46,153 nucleotides of DNA from a virus: the UHGV virus genome UHGV-0219331; one strand, written 5' to 3'. The position numbers were made by a program, and so were the translations under genes. Shown here piece after piece: positions 17,508 through 27,057 of this stretch (the first letter of the stretch is position 1; each line of letters opens with the position of its first letter). The notes below the pieces were generated by a model. The model was not told the origin of the DNA and did not search any database. It saw only the letters and a list, made by a program, of their open reading frames with translations.

Positions 17508-17545
17508 GTTTTTACCTTCTTTCTGCATTTTTATGTATTATAAAA

Positions 17546-17560
17546 GGCCCTTGGAGGGCC
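17546..17560. terminator. Hairpin GGCCCttggaGGGCC with T-runs on both sides, bounding the shufflon on the left
   Basis: Seen in sequence. Confidence 0.45.
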
Positions 17561-17584
17561 TGAATTTTCGTTTTTGCTGTGTGT

Positions 17585-17863
17585 TATACCAATTTAACAG
17601 AGCGGTTTTCCAATAAAGTCTCTGACTGTAATTTCCTGACATATGGGAGAAGCGAGACAGTGGTAATTGGAATTTGGGATAACAGTACACTTAACACGCC
17701 ATATAAGCAGGCTGTTACTGGTTTTGGCAATGGGTTTATGATTGGCATGTCACTCGGAATAGAATGGTCTATTCAAATTGCCTTTGCTGTGTCTGATACA
17801 GATATCTTTGTTCGTAGTTATACCCTTGCTGGCATTGGATGGACTGGCTGGAGAACGATTTGA
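17585..17863 (+). other. Silent tail-fibre C-terminal cassette C1 (no start codon; begins at crossover site S1)
   Basis: The frame opens at ..YTNL encoded by TATACCAATTTA (17584-17596). ~90 aa. Confidence 0.6.
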
Positions 17864-17874
17864 TTATTTAGCAG

Positions 17875-18108
17875 CTATTGTAACAATCCGGTCCACGAAA
17901 CTTTCCATACGCCATCAATGTCCAGAAATCTTAATGTAATGCGTTTCTCACCATTAAAATAGAAATGTATTGCATAACCGGCGGTCATTGATACATCGTA
18001 ATATAGGCGGAAACCAAAGGATTTTTCAGCATCGTCAAAAAACGGTTGAACTAAGGCCACTTTGTCAAAATGGAATCTGGCATTAAGCCCTGCCAAATTG
18101 GTATTGCG
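17875..18108 (-). other. Silent tail-fibre C-terminal cassette C2 (begins at site S2, 18095-18108)
   Basis: Minus-strand frame ...RNTNLAGLNARFHF...WTGLLQ. Convergent, tail-to-tail with C1. Confidence 0.55.
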
Positions 18109-18163
18109 CCCATCAGTATAAATATTCAGGCAAAACTCAGTTTTATGCATTTTCCCTAGTGTG

Positions 18164-18463
18164 TTCAATACCAATTTAGCAGATGCAATAATCAAGTCTA
18201 CATATAAAACTGCTCTACGGTCACCCGATAAAACACATACCCTTGGTATCCATGATAACGGCACAGCATATATGGATGACACTAAGGTTATTACAAACTC
18301 GGATTTAGCTAATCGGTTAGTAATGAATACTGGAAGCACCGGGATACAGTCTCCCTTTTCAGGAAGTACATCACACAGGCTGCAAATTGGCATGGATGGA
18401 GGAGTTACTGTTTGGAAAACAACTGACGGCGGAACCACTTGGAATATCGTCAAAAATCTGTAA
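18164..18463 (+). other. Silent tail-fibre C-terminal cassette C3 (begins at site S3, 18166-18178)
   Basis: FNTNLADAIIKSTYK.... There is no ATG. The track used GTG. Confidence 0.6.
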
Positions 18464-18468
18464 GGTAA

Positions 18469-18708
18469 TCATTTTGTCCATATGTTAACCCAACTCCCAT
18501 GTTCTCTCCAATCAAAACCGATATTCACATTATCAAACCATAATGCCGCCACCTGTTCATCCGGGTCAGCATTATCGGTATAGTAAAAGATGATGCTCCT
18601 TCTTGGACCTGTGCCACTCTCGACTGTGTTGAATGATATGTATTTTACTGTGTTTTGAGTAGAGAATCTATATGTATGGTTCATGATATCTTTTAAATTG
18701 GTATAACG
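18469..18708 (-). other. Silent tail-fibre C-terminal cassette C4 (begins at site S4, 18694-18708)
   Basis: ...RYTNLKDIMNHTYRF...VNIWTK. Convergent with C3. Confidence 0.55.
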
Positions 18709-18841
18709 CCCTGAAGTCGTAAAATGTATCCTGCATAACAATTCCACGCAATTATAACTGTGCTCAACATTGCCTTTATACGTACAACAACTAAGCCTCC
18801 CGTCAGGCAGGCTTCAAAAAAAATCTATGTTATTTTAATCC

Positions 18842-19837
18842 TTATCCGGCAGCGTACATATCGTACTCATACTTCATCTTTCCGGCGCCGTTTTTGGCAT
18901 AGATACGCGTTGTCTCAACACTGGCATGTCCCATTATGTCACACAGTGTCGGCAGCGGCATCCCTTTATTCAGGGCGCGTGTTGCAAACGTATGCCGTAG
19001 CAGATGAGGAAATACCCGTTTTCCCAGCCCTGCCCGTTTTGCAATCCTGCGTATTATGTTCTCCAGGGCATTCTTCTTTAGGCCTTGATGCGGCGCCCGG
19101 CTGGAAAGTATGACTGGACCGCTGCGCCGGTCACCTAAATACTGCTCCAGATACTCAAGCGCCCGCTCTGAAAAGAATACTATCCGTTCTTTCTGTCCTT
19201 TTCCGATTACCTTCACATATCCTGCCTGTAGGTCAAGATTCCCCAAATCCATATTGACTACCTCAGATACCCGGCACCCAGTGGCCAGGAACAGCTCCAG
19301 CACTGCGTTATCGCGGATATTTGTGCCGCAGGCAATCCGCATCTTCTCCATTTCCCTTGGGCTCAGTGCTTCCCTTATCTCTGCCACATACTTAATAGGG
19401 TCCACAGTTGCCATAGGATTACGTCTGATATATCCCCGGTCATGCAGGAAAGCAAAGAAGGAACTGGCTATGCGCCGCTTATGGTCCTTTGTACTGGCAC
19501 TAATCTGACGTACTTGCTCATAGTAGTTCAGGCATTCCACCACATCCTCCCCCGTAATCTCCTGCACCGGCTTTCCCACATACACCAGTAGGTCTGTCAG
19601 GAAACGTTGATATTGATTGACTGTACTGGCCGAGTAATTCTCAAACCTCATTTTCCCTATGAATATATCCAATTCCGGGAAACTGATTACATTGGTGCTC
19701 AACCCAGTCTCCCTTTTGGCCACCTCATAGTTCCGGAGCACCGCTGACAGTGCCCCATCAATCACCTGTAGCGCAGGCCGTTCCAATTCATTGGACAGCC
19801 TGGCCATCAGTTCATCCTTCAGTCTTACTTCATCCAT
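18842..19837 (-). CDS. Rci/XerC-like tyrosine site-specific recombinase (candidate shufflon invertase)
   Basis: 331 aa. N-terminal SAM-like core-binding domain. Catalytic ATGCRVSEV, HLLRHTFATRAL and GHASVETTRIYAK supply R, HxxR and Y. Embedded between the cassette pairs. Confidence 0.8.
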   Translation of the reverse strand: MDEVRLKDELMARLSNELERPALQVIDGALSAVLRNYEVAKRETGLSTNVISFPELDIFIGKMRFENYSASTVNQYQRFLTDLLVYVGKPVQEITGEDVVECLNYYEQVRQISASTKDHKRRIASSFFAFLHDRGYIRRNPMATVDPIKYVAEIREALSPREMEKMRIACGTNIRDNAVLELFLATGCRVSEVVNMDLGNLDLQAGYVKVIGKGQKERIVFFSERALEYLEQYLGDRRSGPVILSSRAPHQGLKKNALENIIRRIAKRAGLGKRVFPHLLRHTFATRALNKGMPLPTLCDIMGHASVETTRIYAKNGAGKMKYEYDMYAAG

Positions 19838-19919
19838 TTAAATAACCCCTTTCCTTATGATTTTATGGTACTTTAATCATAAGCCAGGGGGCTTGATTTG
19901 GGCAATTTTCTTTACTGTG

Positions 19920-20468
19920 CGCAATACCAATTTGCCGTACAAATATCTAACGTCCTATAATGTACCCAATGGGGGAACATTACTGTCCGAGGTTGTGAGC
20001 GCACACAATGCCGGTTATAGATGTTTTATCGTCTACGCAATGGGCAATGTATTAGATGCGCCAAGTAATGCCTATGCGCAGGTACGTGTGACAAATGGCG
20101 ATAACCGATATATTGTCTGCGAGTGGATGAATGACAATGAGGCCAGAGGGTATGTTGCGAAGCGGATGATAGATACACAGACAATGCAATGGGCCGGTAA
20201 TTGGTCTGTTCCTGTCTTAAACTCGGATTTAATACACGGAAACACCGATGCATTTTCCATCCCTGCTAATTCTGAACGCCGTATTACTGTTGACCTAAGT
20301 CGATATAATGTAGGCACTAATTATCGTCTCTATGCTGTAGTTAGAGGGTCAACCTGGGCTAATGTAGGAGCCATATATTGCAATAATAACCAGACAATTA
20401 TTGATACTCGTAACCTCAATAGCACAGCTGTTAATATTTCACTTTGGTACACGATTATACGAAAATGA
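19920..20468 (+). other. Silent tail-fibre C-terminal cassette C5 (begins at site S5, 19917-19934)
   Basis: ...VRNTNLPYKYLTSYNVPNGG..., ~180 aa. Convergent with the expressed fibre gene. Confidence 0.6.
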
Positions 20469-21173
20469 TTATTTGGGGTATGTGCCGCTTACCCTAAAAA
20501 ATGCTATATTTCTGCCATCCGCTTGTAGCCGCATAAATGGACCAGTGTTGTCGCTTTCGTAAAACCAGATGACTTTGCCGGCTTTGACTCCATTAATGTA
20601 ATAAGCCATATCGGCGTTTGTGATAACATCGCCTTTTTTAACCCAGCTAGAGTCATTATCCGATGCGGATGTATATAGTGACACAATCCCCTTGTTTGAC
20701 ACATACAAGCGAGTTTTTTTCCCATCCGCATACAAGCTGTCAATTCCCGTAAAGGGATTTCCTTGGACTATTCTTTTTTCATAGTTCCCTAAATTGGTAT
20801 TGAGCACAGTATAAAGGTCCATCAAAGCCTTACCCTGTGCCGCCGAAAGTGGCAGTTTGGCATTATCCGTCACACAGTTGTTGACTATGCTGCCAATCAG
20901 GCAGACACCCGTCATCCAGTTCTTAGTATCCTCAAAAAATTTCTTGACCTTCCCCAGGAATGTCTTCGGCTTCTCACCGGCCACTGGGACCGGGAAGTCT
21001 GTGGTTATGTTATCCAGCGTCTTTACCGTCATCTCAGATATATCCCCACCGGAGGATTCTGCCTTCTTTTTCAGCGCTGCGTCTACCACATCTGCGTTGT
21101 CATTGAAATCCTGTATATCAACCGGGTCCGCACCTTCCGGCTTTTTCAGATTATAATTAGGTGTTAACTGCAT
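20469..21173 (-). CDS. Tail fibre protein: constant N-terminal anchor plus currently expressed variable C-terminal receptor-binding cassette
   Basis: Conserved fibre N-terminus MQLTPNYNLKKPEGADPVDIQDFNDNADVVD. Crossover site S6 (20790-20809) encodes LNTNLG, and the C-terminal ~105 aa are the variable part. Confidence 0.7.
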   Translation of the reverse strand: MQLTPNYNLKKPEGADPVDIQDFNDNADVVDAALKKKAESSGGDISEMTVKTLDNITTDFPVPVAGEKPKTFLGKVKKFFEDTKNWMTGVCLIGSIVNNCVTDNAKLPLSAAQGKALMDLYTVLNTNLGNYEKRIVQGNPFTGIDSLYADGKKTRLYVSNKGIVSLYTSASDNDSSWVKKGDVITNADMAYYINGVKAGKVIWFYESDNTGPFMRLQADGRNIAFFRVSGTYPK

Positions 21174-21176
21174 ATC

Positions 21177-21791
21177 CTATGCCTCCTTTAATGTCCTTAC
21201 GTCATCCCAGGTCATGTCCCCAAGACGGTTCCATGTATATGGTTTCAGTTCGTTCCATGTGGTGTATCGGTACTCAAACCGGTAGGCCAGATGCGCTGGC
21301 TTTATGTCCTCCAACATGGAGACAAATGCCTGCATGTTCCGCGGGATTCCTTTGATGCCAATAAACTGGATAATAAAAAAGTGATTGGGGTTATCCTCAA
21401 TCACCCTTACCTCCCCGCCTGAAAAGGCCGCGGCTGTATCCTCTATCATCTTCCGGGTTGTGGTCCCCTGGCCCCGGAACTTTGCCATGAGTATTTCCCG
21501 GCGCTGCTCATAGGTCAGGGACATGTTCGTGGCCACCCCCAGCATCTGCTCCCATCTGGACAGCCCCCAGGTGGCCGTCACGATATAGCATTGGTCAATC
21601 AGGTCCTCCAGGTCATGCTGCAGCTGCCCTACCTCATAGCCCTGTGTCCGGTATATCTCCGCCATTTCCCTGATTTCTGCCAGGAATGGCGGCGCATACC
21701 GCGCCAGGTCCACAAAATACTCCTCCGGGACAGTACTGCCTGAGCCCTCCTGGGCGTACTGGCTGCGGCCATATAATGTCTTCCCATACAT
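21177..21791 (-). CDS. DUF2313/XkdU-like (Mu gp48-like) baseplate-fibre protein
   Basis: 204 aa. Positioned between the baseplate J-side fibre and the shufflon fibre. Confidence 0.55.
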   Translation of the reverse strand: MYGKTLYGRSQYAQEGSGSTVPEEYFVDLARYAPPFLAEIREMAEIYRTQGYEVGQLQHDLEDLIDQCYIVTATWGLSRWEQMLGVATNMSLTYEQRREILMAKFRGQGTTTRKMIEDTAAAFSGGEVRVIEDNPNHFFIIQFIGIKGIPRNMQAFVSMLEDIKPAHLAYRFEYRYTTWNELKPYTWNRLGDMTWDDVRTLKEA

Positions 21792-21794
21792 GCC

Positions 21795-23552
21795 TTACAC
21801 CCCCTTCAGGTCATTCCATGTCAGCGCCGGATTACTGCCGGCTGTCACATGGCCCTGCGCATTGACCGTGACGCTCCGGTAGGTCCCGGCCGTCACCCCG
21901 CTGCTTGGATGGCTATATTTCGTATCAGGCGGTGTCTGCCAGATTCCATCCGCCCTTAAATATTTTGTCTGCGCCCCTGCTGCTGGGGCCGGGACCAGAC
22001 CAGTCCCGCCAGCGGCGCTTGAGGTGGCTGCCTTGAATACGGCATACGTGGTATTGTTATCTGTCCCCCACGCCGCAGTCCCATCAGCACTCCATCGTAG
22101 TATCTGCCCGCTGGACCCGCCGGAGGGGACGTGCTTATTCCCTGCCGTGGTGGGGTGCACATACTTATTGGCCCCCTCCGCAATCCCCGCCAGCTTATCT
22201 AACACGGCCTGGGTGATTTTGTCCAGTACCGTCTTATTCGCATGTGTGTGGTTCTGGCTGGTGTCCACATCCGCAGCAGTCAGGTAGCCGGAATCGTTCG
22301 TGAACTGTGACAGCTTTGTGGGCATGTCCGTAACCTGGCTTTTGGTATGGGTATGGGATGTCGGTGCCGCACCTGCCTGTGCAGCCGTCACACCATGAGG
22401 ATTACTCTTATTTCCTACATGTGTATAAGCGACACTCCAATTGTCCAGCAACGTCTGGGTAATCTTATCTATCACTGTCTTATTACTATGCTCATGGCGC
22501 TTGTTATAGGCGTCTGTCCAGTTGTTCAGCAAAATCTCTGTCAGCTTGTCCAGCACGTTCTTGTTTCCATGGGTGTGCTTCTTACTGCTCACATCAGCAA
22601 GTTCTGCCCTCTCCTCATCCGTATAATCATTGCTGGAGAGCTGTTTCCCGGCAACCTTATCAACCTTCCCTCCCAGGGCGGTCATGATAGTGGTTGCAAA
22701 ATTGGGGTCATTGCCCAGGGCGTCCGCAATCTCCCGGAAGGTATCCAATGTATCCGGCGCCGCGCCGATTAAATCCTCAATCTTTTTCAGGACTTCCGCT
22801 TTGGTGTATACCTGGTCTTTGGTATAACGGTTGCCCAGTTCCCGGTTTACGTCATCGACGTTGGCCTTTTTCTCCTCCAGTACAGTATCTGCGGCCCGTA
22901 AGGACTGTATTTCCAGGTTTACAGCGTCCGTATGCCCATCAATATTCTCCTGCAATACCCTTTCCGCTGCCTGTGCCCGGTTTGATTCAGTATTGATTGT
23001 GTCTGCATTTGCTTTCTCTGCGGCCTTCGCCCTGTCAGACTCAGCCTTAATAGACACGCTGTTTACCTGCTCAGCCTCCTTGGCCCTTTCTGCCTCTGTA
23101 TTAATACGGCCATCCAGACGGTCCTCCTCCTGCGTGGCGCGGTTTGTTTCTGCCCGCAGGTCATCTGTTAATTTCTTTTCTGCCCCCAGAGCGCGGCTCT
23201 CTTCTGCGTTCAGCGCCTCCTGTGTTGCAACGATGGATTCCTGCACCCGGTTGATGTCATCCCCCTCAACGGTATCCCCGTCAGTCTCATAGCTGATGTA
23301 GACCACCGGCGCATCCGCATACACCCGGACTATCCGTTTCCAGGGTGCCAGGCTGGGCGTTGACAGGGTATATGTTTCCAGGCGCTCCCCTGTCAGCTTC
23401 GGGCCGGTGAACACCGCGAAGGTAGCCTCATTGATGTTGTCATGCTGCAGCTCCGCCTCATACACACCATTGGTAAGGTGTATTTCCTCCTCCACGACAT
23501 AGATGCTCCCATCAACCTTATTCAGCTTATCGTAAAAGGTACTTACAATCAT
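21795..23552 (-). CDS. Tail fibre/spike protein with repetitive (HTH/NKTV-DK) and coiled-coil segments
   Basis: 585 aa. Repeats HGNKNVLDKLTEILLNNW / HSNKTVIDKITQTLLDNW / HANKTVLDKITQAVLDKL. Directly follows baseplate J. Confidence 0.6.
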   Translation of the reverse strand: MIVSTFYDKLNKVDGSIYVVEEEIHLTNGVYEAELQHDNINEATFAVFTGPKLTGERLETYTLSTPSLAPWKRIVRVYADAPVVYISYETDGDTVEGDDINRVQESIVATQEALNAEESRALGAEKKLTDDLRAETNRATQEEDRLDGRINTEAERAKEAEQVNSVSIKAESDRAKAAEKANADTINTESNRAQAAERVLQENIDGHTDAVNLEIQSLRAADTVLEEKKANVDDVNRELGNRYTKDQVYTKAEVLKKIEDLIGAAPDTLDTFREIADALGNDPNFATTIMTALGGKVDKVAGKQLSSNDYTDEERAELADVSSKKHTHGNKNVLDKLTEILLNNWTDAYNKRHEHSNKTVIDKITQTLLDNWSVAYTHVGNKSNPHGVTAAQAGAAPTSHTHTKSQVTDMPTKLSQFTNDSGYLTAADVDTSQNHTHANKTVLDKITQAVLDKLAGIAEGANKYVHPTTAGNKHVPSGGSSGQILRWSADGTAAWGTDNNTTYAVFKAATSSAAGGTGLVPAPAAGAQTKYLRADGIWQTPPDTKYSHPSSGVTAGTYRSVTVNAQGHVTAGSNPALTWNDLKGV

Positions 23553-24601
23553 CAGCCCACCTCCAGTGTGACCGTACCGGTCACCGCAATCTCATCCTCC
23601 ATCAGGGCCACATTGCCGGATACGCCGTTAAGCAGCAGGTTGGAATAATCCTCCACGCCCTCAGTCCCCAGCAGCAGGTTCCCTACCCTGGCCAGGCTCA
23701 CATAGGACAGGTCCAGGGCCTCATTGTGCAGGTAGTCTGTCAATGCCGCCTGGAATGCATTCTGGACAACCCCCAGGTTCATGCCTGCCTGCAGTTTGAT
23801 TCCAGCCGACACATTGACAGCCTTCTCCACGACAGATGCCACGGTCACATCCGCGCCAATGGGGCGCAGCTCCTCGATATGCTCCCGTACCATCTCCAAC
23901 AGGCCGGTACCGGCGGCGGACATGTTGGCGTCCGCTATGATGACCTTGACCGTCCCCGGTCCGCTGGACAGCGGGAAGACCTTGGCGGCCCCTACGCCCT
24001 CACACTCCATGGCCCAGTTGTAATAATCATACCGGTTGCCACTGGTGGAAGGCTTCTGTATTACATTCAACAGGCGTACCCTCAAAGCGTTGTCGCTTTC
24101 TTCTTCGGTGCCCGCCGAAAGAATTGTAGTTAACATTGCGGATGTCAGCCCTTGAGCATAGTCAATTGGGAGTAATTGTCCAGTATATGCATTTCCTATC
24201 TCCCCCTGCCTTTCACATTCCATGTCATATGTATGTGAGCCATCCAGGACTCCTATATATCCAACTGCCCTATATATGATGTGTTCTTCCTGTATTGCAG
24301 ATACCCTAAAACCAATCGGGACCTGGACATTGAAAATACCCTGCTTATGTGCATAGGTAGCGGGCTTTCGTGTAATTCCATATGCTTCAGCAATACGGTC
24401 AAGGCTCTCACCCCCTGCTGTTCCTGCATAGACATTGTCCTGTAATCGCTGCACGTCCATATATACCCCTTCAAGATACCAACTTACTGGCCCAAGGGCT
24501 GTCTGGATGATGGAGCCTTCCCTTTTGTCCAAATCATCAGGCACCCTGGACAGCTGGTCTGATAATATATTTGCATACGTTTTTCCACTAAAATCTATCA
24601 T
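23552..24601 (-). CDS. Baseplate J-like protein (Mu gp47/XkdT)
   Basis: 349 aa with the conserved Baseplate_J fold. Gene order is W-J-fibre. Confidence 0.7.
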   Translation of the reverse strand: MIDFSGKTYANILSDQLSRVPDDLDKREGSIIQTALGPVSWYLEGVYMDVQRLQDNVYAGTAGGESLDRIAEAYGITRKPATYAHKQGIFNVQVPIGFRVSAIQEEHIIYRAVGYIGVLDGSHTYDMECERQGEIGNAYTGQLLPIDYAQGLTSAMLTTILSAGTEEESDNALRVRLLNVIQKPSTSGNRYDYYNWAMECEGVGAAKVFPLSSGPGTVKVIIADANMSAAGTGLLEMVREHIEELRPIGADVTVASVVEKAVNVSAGIKLQAGMNLGVVQNAFQAALTDYLHNEALDLSYVSLARVGNLLLGTEGVEDYSNLLLNGVSGNVALMEDEIAVTGTVTLEVG

Positions 24602-24999
24602 ACCGTTACCTCTGCCTGTATCGGGCCAAAAATTGTGCTTACATCAAAAACACATTGTAAGGCACCCTGTCCCTGGTCTGTAAAAACGAAATTTCCTACG
24701 GACAGTACTCTGCCATCTGTAGAAAATGCGTCCTCCACCCGCCTCGCAATCTCACTGGTTACATAATCATATTCTTCACCTATCAGTTCCTCTAATTCAA
24801 CCCCAAAATTAGGACTGTATATCTGCCATCGGAACCGCTCCGTATTCAGGATGATGTCCACCGCCTGCCGCATGGCAGCAAGCCCGGAACCCATCCCACT
24901 AATCTGTCTGGATGACCAGTCAATCATGAATGTATTTGTAGGTCTGTCTACATACTTTAATGAAGTGTCCAGCCCTACCCCCTCCGGTAATGTTGCCAT
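24598..24999 (-). CDS. Baseplate wedge protein (gpW/gp25-like, DUF2634/XkdS)
   Basis: 133 aa, immediately upstream of J. Confidence 0.55.
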   Translation of the reverse strand: MATLPEGVGLDTSLKYVDRPTNTFMIDWSSRQISGMGSGLAAMRQAVDIILNTERFRWQIYSPNFGVELEELIGEEYDYVTSEIARRVEDAFSTDGRVLSVGNFVFTDQGQGALQCVFDVSTIFGPIQAEVTV

Positions 25000-25010
25000 A
25001 TCGTGCCTCC

Positions 25011-25316
25011 TTATACCTTTGATAGAATAATATATCTGTTCCCGCGTGAAACTCTAAGCATGACCACCTTATCGCCTACGGCCAGCCCCTCATTAATCAC
25101 AACAGTACCACCGCCTCCCCCCTGTACCTTAGCCGACCTGGCTTTCACATTTTCTGTCAGTACCAGTGCCACGTTTGGAATCGGCAGCATCGTGTCATCC
25201 AGCTTGATGGTTAGTGGGGTAATGGACGAGACAGTACCATATGCTATATCAGTGGGTTTATTGGCCTTTGTATTATCCTGGGCAATCATATTCAACACAT
25301 CAATCAATTCAGACAA
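25011..25316 (-). CDS. XkdR-like (DUF2577) baseplate protein
   Basis: 101 aa. Position conserved in PBSX-like modules. Confidence 0.45.
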   Translation of the reverse strand: MSELIDVLNMIAQDNTKANKPTDIAYGTVSSITPLTIKLDDTMLPIPNVALVLTENVKARSAKVQGGGGGTVVINEGLAVGDKVVMLRVSRGNRYIILSKV

Positions 25317-26325
25317 TACTTATCCCTCCCAGCTGTTGGAAATCCTTAAACTCGATACTCATGACATGGTCATCTGCCTCAAAGCTGTGTACAACCTTTT
25401 CGGTCAGTACCAGCCTGGACATGGATAAATCCTGAATCCTACTTATCCGGACAGGTACTATGGTCCCTGCCCGGATACCCGGAACCCCAATAACATCATC
25501 CATGGTCAACGTCTGCACTACACGGTTATAATACTGGAGATACTGTTGGCACATCTGGTCAATCTGTGCTTCGTTCAGGTTTTCGTCCACCTCATCGTAA
25601 TACTGGAGTAGTCCCCATTTGGATATGGTTTCCGAATCCTCATAGATGTAGGTATCTGCCTTCCCAGTCTCGCTATTTGGCCGTACCAGCTTCACTCGGT
25701 TATATGTATCAGAATCAATATCCCGGCTATAGGTATATTCCGTTGCCAGGCTTCTATCCCCTACTACGGTTGTGACGAACATGTCCTTTGCCTCAACCAA
25801 TGTCAATGCTCCGGAATTATCATAAAAATTATATATCTTTCCTGTTTGGATGATTGTCTCAGACAATGCACCATAAATGATATCCAGGCATGATTCATTT
25901 TCCTTGATAAGGCAGGGGAAAGGATATCCTGTATCCACCATTTTCCCAACTGTCAATCCGAAATCAGCCGCAATCTGTTGGATTATCTGTGCCAAGGTCA
26001 TATTAACGAAAGTATAACTTGCATTCGCTTTCAGATATCGTAGCTGGTCATATGCAGTGTATTCGGATTCCCCTAATTGATTTTCAGTAATCGTGAACAC
26101 ATATCCCTTGAACATCCTTATCCCATCTACCGTAAGTTCCACCGAACTTCCTTCCGCAATCAAAGGAGCATCAACACACGAAAACACCAGCTTGGCAGGG
26201 GAATCAAAACGGTTTGTGGTAAGTTCAGCTGATTCGATGATATTTGCATATTCCATAATTGTGGTCTGTGTGGCCCCACCAGGGGCGGGACCAACAGTCT
26301 GGACCTGTAAAGAAAAACTATCCAT
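25309..26325 (-). CDS. Baseplate hub / phage late control gene D-like protein (XkdQ)
   Basis: 338 aa. Follows TMP and the LysM-type protein. Confidence 0.55.
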   Translation of the reverse strand: MDSFSLQVQTVGPAPGGATQTTIMEYANIIESAELTTNRFDSPAKLVFSCVDAPLIAEGSSVELTVDGIRMFKGYVFTITENQLGESEYTAYDQLRYLKANASYTFVNMTLAQIIQQIAADFGLTVGKMVDTGYPFPCLIKENESCLDIIYGALSETIIQTGKIYNFYDNSGALTLVEAKDMFVTTVVGDRSLATEYTYSRDIDSDTYNRVKLVRPNSETGKADTYIYEDSETISKWGLLQYYDEVDENLNEAQIDQMCQQYLQYYNRVVQTLTMDDVIGVPGIRAGTIVPVRISRIQDLSMSRLVLTEKVVHSFEADDHVMSIEFKDFQQLGGISIV

Positions 26326-26329
26326 GGTA

Positions 26330-27040
26330 TTACCCCGTTACCTGCAACTGGTCTGCGGCCAGCCAGCCATATGAGCCAATATGCACCGGATAGGGATTGC
26401 CTTCTACTATCCGGGTCACGGTCGTACTTAAGTTATTTGCTGTGCCATAAGGCTTTGCCCCATAACTGTCACTCCAATACTTTCCATTGGCGATACAAGG
26501 GGCCCCTACCCGCAACACTGGTGTTTCTACCTCCCGCGCTACCTCAGTAGTGGCTTCCGGGGCATCAGCAAGTGGCGTGGCGGGAGTGGTGATGATTGAC
26601 ACCACCTCCGGCTCATAGTTCTTATATTCGGTCAATTCTACCTCATAGTAGATGTCATTCGGTTCACCGCCCTTATCCTTTGTCTTAAAATCGCTGATGA
26701 TGCATCGGATATTGGTGTCATAGAGTCCTGAACGGGATATGATTAGACGGCATTTTTGCTTCTTCTTTAATGCCTTCTCAAAATATTCAACGTAGCCATC
26801 TGGGCTCTTTGCATTACCATTGACATATGGGTCATCTAAGGAGCCAGGAAAGAAGCTTTCCCAGGAAACCACCTTTAGCGATGGCTTCCTGGGAACCACT
26901 ATCTCACCAATCCCTATCACGGAATATGTCTTGTGGTCGGTTGGGTACTTGATTTCTATCTCTTCTGGATTTACAGGCAGTTTTACCTTCCGGCTTCCAA
27001 ATTTTATATATATGGAGCAGCCATTTTTAATTTTTGCCAT
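26330..27040 (-). CDS. XkdP-like tail protein (peptidoglycan-binding domain?)
   Basis: 236 aa, directly downstream of TMP. Confidence 0.45.
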   Translation of the reverse strand: MAKIKNGCSIYIKFGSRKVKLPVNPEEIEIKYPTDHKTYSVIGIGEIVVPRKPSLKVVSWESFFPGSLDDPYVNGNAKSPDGYVEYFEKALKKKQKCRLIISRSGLYDTNIRCIISDFKTKDKGGEPNDIYYEVELTEYKNYEPEVVSIITTPATPLADAPEATTEVAREVETPVLRVGAPCIANGKYWSDSYGAKPYGTANNLSTTVTRIVEGNPYPVHIGSYGWLAADQLQVTG

Positions 27041-27057
27041 GGTGTGTATACTCCTAT

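Noticed and set aside
14553-17543. Several long plus-strand ORFs (e.g. 14662..15102, 16003..16350, 16542..17543, 17219..17434)
   Set aside because: They lie antisense to well-supported minus-strand genes (endolysin, membrane protein, DUF4376), have no RBS and are low-complexity or Arg/Pro-rich. They are shadow ORFs.
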